Source: Draconibacterium sp. (GTDB lineage: Bacteria > Bacteroidota > Bacteroidia > Bacteroidales > Prolixibacteraceae). Taken from it: a stretch of 64,000 nucleotides of DNA. This document shows, in pieces, positions 58,201 to 64,000 of the stretch. The position numbers were made by a program, and so were the translations under genes. Under the pieces are notes generated by a model. It had not been told where the DNA came from and ran no database searches. It worked only from the letters and a program-made list of their open reading frames with translations. Positions within the stretch are counted from its first letter, which is position 1. The number at the start of each line of letters is the position of its first letter. The stretch is from the NCBI GenBank assembly GCA_037442685.1, contig JBBIPU010000001.1, positions 25,626 to 89,625 of the forward strand, in the 5' to 3' direction.

Positions 58201-59200
58201 TGCAGGGTTCGGCACCTTTGGCGCCCCACCAGAACCACCCCCCGGATGCCTCATGCAAGGGTCTCCATAAAACCGGAACATCAATATCCTGTAACTTTTT
58301 CAATAATCCTGCAATGTAATCGATGTCGCTCACCATTGCCTTGTATTCAGAGGAGTTGGGATCGGAGATTTTTGACACATCAAAACTGGTGTCTTTCGTG
58401 TAAAATGCCTCGGTTTTTCGCGATGGATCGCGCCAGTGCCAGCACATGGCTGGAATGCCATTCCTGTTGTAATAATTTTTTGCATCATTGATTGGCTCCT
58501 CGTCGTTATACCAGGAATATCCACAATTGCAATGCATAAAATCGATCCCTACCAAAGCAGGTTCTTTGCCTGTATTACTTTTCAGCCATTTAATTTCATC
58601 CATGCTGTTTAAAGTCATTGCACCCGAGATTATTTTTTTACCGTAGTTGTCGTACAAAAACCGGTAGAGTTTCAATGTATGGTCAGTCGGGTTGGGAGTC
58701 ACAGGAACCTTCGGAATATCGAATCTTCCCCAGTCGTCCACTTTTTCGAATTTAATGTAGTCGATATTTATCCAGCCCCACGATTTAGTAATTTGCAACT
58801 GATGAACACCCGGTTTCAGTTTCTGACTGCTTACCACTTTTAATAAAACATATTCCTGATTTGCTTCAAGTGTAAAAGACACGCTTTGTCCGTCGATAAC
58901 GAAGTTGTTGGTTTTTCCACCGTTTGGCGCGGCAACGAAAACGTAAATATTGTAATATCCTTCCTGTTCCAGCGTTACTTCCCACGAAAGGTTACCCTCT
59001 TTTTGTGCAACATAAAATCCATCGGAAAGAGAACTGTCGGCTATCTTTTCAGCACCACCCGATAATGTTGCGTTTTCAGCTTCAATGATCTGTGCCTGAA
59101 TTGGATATAGAAAAGTAAAAAACAACGATACAAACAGAATTCCTGATTTCAGCTTTAATAATCCTGCATTTGCTTGTGTCAAAAGTCCGGATACTTTCAT
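55238..59200 (-). CDS. Multidomain CBM6/35-like + GH26 + right-handed beta-helix (Pectate_lyase_3-like) + three-module stalk + T9SS CTD protein
   Basis: 1320 aa. The CBM is IIEAENATLSGG...GWINIDYIKFEK. GH26 motifs are VLWRPLHEASGGWFWWG (acid/base) and IITLSETG (nucleophile). The beta-helix start is NNGETDVTAIIQKALNDVGQSGGGVVYLPAGTYRV. The CTD is FRIWPNPVSEILNV...GIYILKL. Confidence 0.8.
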   Translation of the reverse strand: MKVSGLLTQANAGLLKLKSGILFVSLFFTFLYPIQAQIIEAENATLSGGAEKIADSSLSDGFYVAQKEGNLSWEVTLEQEGYYNIYVFVAAPNGGKTNNFVIDGQSVSFTLEANQEYVLLKVVSSQKLKPGVHQLQITKSWGWINIDYIKFEKVDDWGRFDIPKVPVTPNPTDHTLKLYRFLYDNYGKKIISGAMTLNSMDEIKWLKSNTGKEPALVGIDFMHCNCGYSWYNDEEPINDAKNYYNRNGIPAMCWHWRDPSRKTEAFYTKDTSFDVSKISDPNSSEYKAMVSDIDYIAGLLKKLQDIDVPVLWRPLHEASGGWFWWGAKGAEPCKQLYRLMYDRMVNYHGLKNLIWVWTSQQNDKSWYPGDDVVDIIGRDIYKDGDHSSQIMEFNKLNNDYGGKKIITLSETGSFPDADNLVADEAPWSYFMPWYGDFVRNSKYNSLDLWKKMFAHDYVLTLDEMPDLKSYEPQPQGWRSKLYPENWKPGFKDNDDRFLHDFSYAGYHQGEKEIPFITDNVVNITQPPYNADNNGETDVTAIIQKALNDVGQSGGGVVYLPAGTYRVNPGNEDSALRIQYSNTVLRGAGTDSTFIFNDNSNMRQKSIIWMMGDWCTWSDETGTSTKLKNDLLYPTRVIPVVSVNGFNKGDDIILRTDGTPEFIAEHEMTGIWVDWAARVMFLRKIDSIDVEKNMIYIDSPTRYFMKTRDNARIYHAKQHISESGIENLSIGNIQNNKMGWDEETYTEPGTGAYEVHASHAILIKYAQNCWVKNVNTYKPIQNSLDIHVLSNCLLLEQCRGITVDSCFFQKPQYEGGGGNGYMFTLQSNDCLIKDSRANDGRHNYDFKSAFSNGNVIYNCIGENSKYASDFHMYLSMANLIDNFTVDRDYLESTFRPYGGDVIHGYSSTQSVFYNTKGLNYHPDRDYIIESRQFKHGYIIGTSGVADQVKLDPVDGTINGYAYKTGPRDFAEGIGKGDDLFPKSLYLDQLERRLKDTTALANFKATIKIFDFNTGNPLPGCRISYFDVLKTTDNSGLTTFSNTSNILVFNIEKEHYKTISTQQFTIFSDTTFTYYLVPEKYKVSISAGDKHTGVFFSGARVTLNNEIQITDEAGKATFELFQGNYPYLVEKNSFETESGFISVGADTTIQLMLTRLNGSVKFKITEGTNTPVNNVVVILNADTLISTGLGIANFKNLPVYTQYSYFMYKGGYDDLSGILYLAGDTIVNLTMVPYSTSISEKPEQDHFRIWPNPVSEILNVKIPPVFLNGSVEVIDLNGNVLKNQITGENLNLRISVNEIPPGIYILKLVLGENMVTRFFLKN

Positions 59201-59224
59201 TTTTTTTCTGAGATAATTTAAAGT

Positions 59225-60196
59225 TTATTTTGATTCTGCAAATTTTAGAAGCTTTTCACGGGTTTTGATCCCGGATTCCTTTAAATCGTTTTCACTCCAG
59301 TTGCCGGTATCGCTGGCTGTGGTTTTTAACATGGAACAGGTTTCATTTTTGTCGGCAACAGACCAGGAGACCCAACTTATTTTGTTTTTTTCCATCCAGT
59401 CTATCCATGTATTCCATGCCTTGTAATCGATCGGGCCGTTTCCGCTGGCTTCCATTCCGGCGCACTCCGAAACAAATATCGGGATGCCCTTTTTAAGCGC
59501 GTAATCCGATCTGTCGCGCAAATCTTTCCCGTGGGTTGCAGCATAAAAATGAACAGTGTACATCAGGTTTTTATATCCTGAAATCGGCGAGTCGGCAACC
59601 AGGTGAATATCCTGGTCCCAGTGCGGACTTCCAACGAGAATGATATTGTCGGGGTCTTTGTCGCGGATGGCTTTTATCACTTCGATAGAGTAACTTTTTA
59701 CCGTATCCCACGAATCCCTGACAGGTTCGTTAAAAATCTCGTAAATCACATTCGGATATTTCCCATATTTTGCGGCCATTTCAGTGAAAAAGGCAACTGC
59801 TTCTTCTGTGTGAATTTCGTGGCTGTGCCAGTCGATTATTACATAAATGCCACTTTCGATCGCACCATCAACAACAGCTTCAATCTTTTCTTTCGACCAT
59901 TCTTTTTTGTCGATGTAGCTGCCTTTTGGTCCAACGCCCATCGCCGCGCGCACAACATCGCATTTCCAGTCATCCGCAAGCCATTTCACCGATTCCTTGT
60001 TGTAAAATCTTGGCCACCAGTTGTGCCAGCCATAACTTACACCCCTCAATACAATTTCTTTACCTTTTTCATTGACAAGGAAAGTTCCTTTCACCGAAAG
60101 ATTCCCGTTATTTTTTACAGGTTGAGCCTGTAAGAAATTACCAGCAGCCATGATTATCGCTGCCATTGCCAGTACATGTTTTAGTTTCATATTCAT
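59225..60196 (-). CDS. GH5 endoglucanase (GH5_2-like), signal peptide only, no CTD
   Basis: 323 aa; LRGVSYGWHNWW...VIIDWHSH...VIYEIFNEP (acid/base)...YTVHFYA...IFVSECAG (nucleophile). Confidence 0.88.
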   Translation of the reverse strand: MNMKLKHVLAMAAIIMAAGNFLQAQPVKNNGNLSVKGTFLVNEKGKEIVLRGVSYGWHNWWPRFYNKESVKWLADDWKCDVVRAAMGVGPKGSYIDKKEWSKEKIEAVVDGAIESGIYVIIDWHSHEIHTEEAVAFFTEMAAKYGKYPNVIYEIFNEPVRDSWDTVKSYSIEVIKAIRDKDPDNIILVGSPHWDQDIHLVADSPISGYKNLMYTVHFYAATHGKDLRDRSDYALKKGIPIFVSECAGMEASGNGPIDYKAWNTWIDWMEKNKISWVSWSVADKNETCSMLKTTASDTGNWSENDLKESGIKTREKLLKFAESK

Positions 60197-60214
60197 TGAT
60201 TTATCAGGTTTAAA

Positions 60215-62113
60215 CTATTTTCCTACAACAAACTTCCGGTTTCCGGAAAATGAATCTGATTTTAAAGAGATCCAGTAAATTCCTGATTCCAGGTCCGAAA
60301 TATCAGCTGTAAAATGATTTTTTCCGGATGATAAATTCTGATTGACAATGGATTGTACCTTCTGTCCTTCTACATTAAAAATATCCAAAGTCACAAAACC
60401 GGTTTTATTCAGGCTAAAACCAATGTTCAGTTTATCATTTGCAGGATTTGGATAAACATTGAGTTCAATTTGTTCCGGTTTAAGCTCATTTATTGCAGTC
60501 GGCGCTGCTTTCAAAACAATTGCATTCACGGAAAGAGGTTCGAGCTGAACTGAAATATGAAAAACAGGTTTTTCCAACTGTTTAACTTTCAGTGCATTTT
60601 GGGTGTGTGAGGTAAATGTTTCAGCAGCAGGTAATTTTGAAAGTGTGTAAAGCTGAATTGGTTCATTTTTAATATTGAAATTCTGAATGTCGATCTGTAA
60701 ATCTTTTGTTGCCGTTGTGTGACGATTGATCAGAAAAATGGTCATTGAATCTTTTGCTTCATTTACTGTGGGATATGCCGAAACATAAGTTTCATCACCC
60801 GAAACCGCATCGATAAAATATTTCTGGCTGTACCTGCTGAAAAGATGAATGGTTTCCCACATTCCCGGGTTCCAGCTCCAGGGAGTAAAAATTTCCACCC
60901 CGTTTTTCATAAATTCACCCAGAGTTGAAGCATACCACGACGCCTGAACATTTGCGTCGCTTGAATTTATGCCGGTTTCGGTTACACTGAGCCCGACACC
61001 ATGATCCGGCCCAATATATTTGGTGAGCCAGTCGGAACACCTTCCCAGAATATATTCTTTGGTGATGCTGTTATCCCATCCGCCGTTAACTGTTTTAACC
61101 CCGTTTGCTTCAGGATAAATATAATTGCGGTCGAAAAAAACGCGATAGAATTGAACAAGCTTTGCTGCATCGGAAGAGCCAGGGTAATAATGAATATCGA
61201 GAACATCGAGCAGTTTAATTCCTGTGGCTTTTTGTTCCTCGGCAATCCTGAGAATAAAATACTCAAGCCAGCAATATCTCTTTCCATTATATGATATTGC
61301 ATCGCTGCCGTAACGGTACCATTGCCATTCGTTTGCAGGCACCGGCCCTGTAAGTTTTATGCCCGGGTATTTTGCCTTTGCCGCTTTGGCAACCTTAAAA
61401 TAAAGCTGCATAAACTCTTCAGCCGCAATTTGAGTTTTCATCACATCGTCGTGGGTACCCGACCAGATTTCGATTTCATTATCCATGCTCCAGTAACGAT
61501 AATATGTTGAATCATAGCCCAATTTATCGAACCAGTGGTCGAGAATGGCAACCGTTGAATCGGCAGGCCAGTCCATCAGATAAAGATCCGGATTTCCTTC
61601 AACTAAAGCTTTACTCCCTCCCTCAGGATTAACCACACCACCACCTGCAAGATTCTGGTTTACTCCCGACCACCATTGCGAATTATTGTAATTCCAGTCG
61701 TTGAAATTGTTTCTGGTATTGGCTGCAACTTTTCCGAGCAACTGGAACGACCACATTCCCTGAGTACCCGGCATCTTATCGGTCAGGTTTTTTGCTGCAG
61801 CATCCCAGTTGTTCCCGTAAACATTATTGTACCAGTCGGGATGGCTCGAAAGTTTCAGCCGCCAGTTGTATTTTGTGCTGTTGTTTCCTCCTCCCTGCCT
61901 TACAAAATGCACTCCGGCCTGAACTGCTTTTGTTACCTCAGCATTTGTGCTGTTATTTAAAAAGGTACTTGGCAAAACATTGTTTTTCCCGAAAATATAA
62001 GGCGAAATCTGTCGTTTCCCTGAATTTGCGTTTACTGTAATCTGTACTGTTTGCGCATTTAAAACATTAAAAATGAGCAAAACAGAAATTGAAATTGAAA
62101 AGAATTTCATCAT
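60215..62113 (-). CDS. GH44-like glycoside hydrolase with T9SS CTD
   Basis: 632 aa. ISPYIFGKNN, GGGNNSTKYNW, MDNEIEIWSGTHDDV and LSVTETG fit my memory of GH44 blocks. The CTD is LNVYPNPANDKLNIGF...GIYWISL. Confidence 0.6.
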   Translation of the reverse strand: MMKFFSISISVLLIFNVLNAQTVQITVNANSGKRQISPYIFGKNNVLPSTFLNNSTNAEVTKAVQAGVHFVRQGGGNNSTKYNWRLKLSSHPDWYNNVYGNNWDAAAKNLTDKMPGTQGMWSFQLLGKVAANTRNNFNDWNYNNSQWWSGVNQNLAGGGVVNPEGGSKALVEGNPDLYLMDWPADSTVAILDHWFDKLGYDSTYYRYWSMDNEIEIWSGTHDDVMKTQIAAEEFMQLYFKVAKAAKAKYPGIKLTGPVPANEWQWYRYGSDAISYNGKRYCWLEYFILRIAEEQKATGIKLLDVLDIHYYPGSSDAAKLVQFYRVFFDRNYIYPEANGVKTVNGGWDNSITKEYILGRCSDWLTKYIGPDHGVGLSVTETGINSSDANVQASWYASTLGEFMKNGVEIFTPWSWNPGMWETIHLFSRYSQKYFIDAVSGDETYVSAYPTVNEAKDSMTIFLINRHTTATKDLQIDIQNFNIKNEPIQLYTLSKLPAAETFTSHTQNALKVKQLEKPVFHISVQLEPLSVNAIVLKAAPTAINELKPEQIELNVYPNPANDKLNIGFSLNKTGFVTLDIFNVEGQKVQSIVNQNLSSGKNHFTADISDLESGIYWISLKSDSFSGNRKFVVGK

Positions 62114-62119
62114 CTGGTT

Positions 62120-64000
62120 TTAATAATTGATTATTACTTTTTCCGAATATCGTCTGACATTTGTTGTTACCTGAAGAAAATAAATCCCCGCTGGTAATTC
62201 AGTCACTTGAAAAACAGACTGCGACCCGGGTTCATTTATCTGTTTGAGCAGGCTTCCGGAAACAGAGTACAAACTGATCTGTTTCAGTTGATTTCCTGAT
62301 TTCGGCCTGACTGTGATCTCTCCCTGGTTATTTACAGAAACTGAAAATGGTTTTTCAGCAGTTAAGTCGCTTGTAACTGTGGCGCTTTTTAATTCGAAAG
62401 TGATTTTATCGATATTATAGACAGGACCGGAAATCACAGTAAACCGCATGATTCTGATTCCGGGGTAAAGATACATTTCGGTACTGAATGGCAGGGTGTT
62501 AATATTGCTTGATGTTCCTGACATGGTGACAATTTCAGAGTGAATGGTATCGATAGAAATCTGAAATTTTCCTCCCCTGTAAACCGATGCCAGGTACGCC
62601 GAAACTATGTACATTCCTTCGGTTTTCACATTTACCGAATATTCGTACCATTCACCGGCGATAACATTCCCGATATGATATCCGTTTCCCAACCTGTCGT
62701 AAATATCTACTCCTTCAGTTGGCCGGTACTTCCCCGGAATATTGGTTTCGTCTGAATCGTGGTAAGTAAAATCCTCGCCTCCGATGTCGAAGTTTTCGGC
62801 TTCAACCGTACCCGGAATATCGACTGGTTGTCCTGGAAAAGGAATTCTCACCGGTTTTACCCATTCTGGGAAAAAAACCTGAACAGGTTGTGAGTAAAGA
62901 TCAGTGGTGTCGTTATAATGGGCAATTACCCGGTAGGTGTAAGTTTTATTCATTTCGGGTTTAACATCGTAAAAAAATGTTGTATCTGATTTTAGCACGG
63001 CAATTGTTGAATAAACCTGTGAAGTCCCGATCCGGCGCTGAATAAGAATACTGTCATGGTCATTCACTTTGTTTGTCCATTTTATTCCTACAATCGAATC
63101 GTGTACAATATTTATTGACGGTACAGGAGAATTCGCCGTGGTACGGATCAGAATATCCTTTACTTCATCCCAGGTTTTCTGCTGTCTTTCCAGTATTCTG
63201 AAATCGCCTCCATCGTCCCATGCCATGCAAGCAAAACCATATTTTTGCGATAATTCGACATAAGCTCGATAATGGCGCATTCTTGAATTGAAATCGCATT
63301 TTTTCAACGATCCGAATTCGCCGAGAAATACAGGGATATTATTCTTTACCGACCAGTTCGAAACATTTTTAAATTTTGATTCGAGTGTTGCATAATCAGA
63401 TGCAGAGCCCCAGGTTCCCTGTCCTTCAAGCCCGAAAAGATAGGGATCGTAAGAATGAAATGATCCGATAACATATTTGTCATTTGGAATGGCAGCAGCC
63501 ACCAGCTCGTCGGAGCCACCCCAGTTGTGGCCCTGAAAGATGACAAGGCGGGTTGGATTGGTTTTTCTGATGATGGACAAAACCCGTGCGTGAAGATCAT
63601 CATTCTGCTCTTTTGTCAGACCGTGTGGTTCGTTTATGATTTCGAAGACCAGTTTTTCTGATTTGTTTTTAAACCTGACTGCAATCTGCGACCAGATACT
63701 GTCGAACCGGGCTTTGTTGGTTTCAGTATAACTGGTTTTTATCCAGTCGTCGTGATGCGAATTGATTACAATGAATAATCCCCGCTCCAAACCCCAATCA
63801 ACCACCTGCTCAATTCTGTTCATGTAAGTATCAGTTACTTTAAACGGAGCTGTTTTCCCTGTGTAACTGTCCCATCTCACCGGAATACGGACACAATCAA
63901 ATCCGGCATCCCTGTACATGTCAAAGTAATACTCCTGTGCTTTCGGATTATTCCATCCGGCTTCAGTTGGCGGTTCAAAAGTATTGCCCAGATTGATTCC
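62120..64000 (-). CDS. GH5 cellulase-family + Fn3-like + CBM6-like + T9SS CTD protein (N-terminus beyond the right edge)
   Basis: In-frame codons upstream of the track start (63920-64000) read GINLGNTFEPPTEAGWNNPKAQEYYFD, so the CDS is partial. FEIINEPHG is the acid/base block. The CBM is GTVEAENFDIGGEDFTYHD...GEWYEYSV. The CTD is ISLYSVSG...AGIYFLQV. Confidence 0.85.
   Translation of the reverse strand, partial: GINLGNTFEPPTEAGWNNPKAQEYYFDMYRDAGFDCVRIPVRWDSYTGKTAPFKVTDTYMNRIEQVVDWGLERGLFIVINSHHDDWIKTSYTETNKARFDSIWSQIAVRFKNKSEKLVFEIINEPHGLTKEQNDDLHARVLSIIRKTNPTRLVIFQGHNWGGSDELVAAAIPNDKYVIGSFHSYDPYLFGLEGQGTWGSASDYATLESKFKNVSNWSVKNNIPVFLGEFGSLKKCDFNSRMRHYRAYVELSQKYGFACMAWDDGGDFRILERQQKTWDEVKDILIRTTANSPVPSINIVHDSIVGIKWTNKVNDHDSILIQRRIGTSQVYSTIAVLKSDTTFFYDVKPEMNKTYTYRVIAHYNDTTDLYSQPVQVFFPEWVKPVRIPFPGQPVDIPGTVEAENFDIGGEDFTYHDSDETNIPGKYRPTEGVDIYDRLGNGYHIGNVIAGEWYEYSVNVKTEGMYIVSAYLASVYRGGKFQISIDTIHSEIVTMSGTSSNINTLPFSTEMYLYPGIRIMRFTVISGPVYNIDKITFELKSATVTSDLTAEKPFSVSVNNQGEITVRPKSGNQLKQISLYSVSGSLLKQINEPGSQSVFQVTELPAGIYFLQVTTNVRRYSEKVIINY

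Noticed and set aside
1-64000. Search for CRISPR arrays, tRNA or rRNA genes, IS elements, integrases, toxin-antitoxin pairs and known defence-system genes.
   Set aside because: I found no regularly spaced direct repeats, no tRNA-like T-arm (GGTTCGAATCC-type) strings, and no transposase, integrase or nuclease-NTPase gene pairs among the ORFs. Apart from the loci reported above, the window is ordinary core genome.

Overview
This 64-kb window appears to come from a Bacteroidota chromosome. The evidence is several T9SS C-terminal sorting domains, TAnnTTTG-type -7 promoter boxes, a DUF4290-murA pair and a TonB receptor with a CarboxypepD_reg-like N-terminus. All family calls come from reading motifs by eye; no HMM or BLAST search was run. 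From 1 to 43.7 kb the content is mostly housekeeping. It includes the str operon tail (rpsL-rpsG-fusA, with fusA running off the left edge), truA, a UvrD-family helicase, murA, grpE-dnaJ, serA, tkt, mltG, msrB, aroC, slyD, lgt and secA. A few accessory cassettes are interspersed: a C39-peptidase ABC exporter plus HlyD partner with no visible cargo gene, a same-strand array of CysJ-like reductase, TonB receptor, DUF4249 and a small membrane protein, and a second EF-G paralog with altered GTPase motifs. From 44.3 kb to the right edge lies the accessory part. It is an eight-gene glycoside-hydrolase locus with no SusC/SusD, and five of its products end in T9SS sorting domains. It contains GH9-like, GH5 (two), GH44-like, GH26, GH30-like and GH13 genes. 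It is led by a 1325-aa internally duplicated lamin-tail-domain protein with no recognisable catalytic module. I saw no rRNA, tRNA, CRISPR array, transposase or integrase. The items most worth follow-up are this locus and its leading protein, a CBM-GH26-beta-helix fusion, the EF-G paralog, a 0.5-kb palindrome/iteron-rich non-coding island after tkt, and an orphan hairpin-plus-terminator unit near 36.9 kb that could be a small RNA. I cannot show that any of these is a truly undescribed system.
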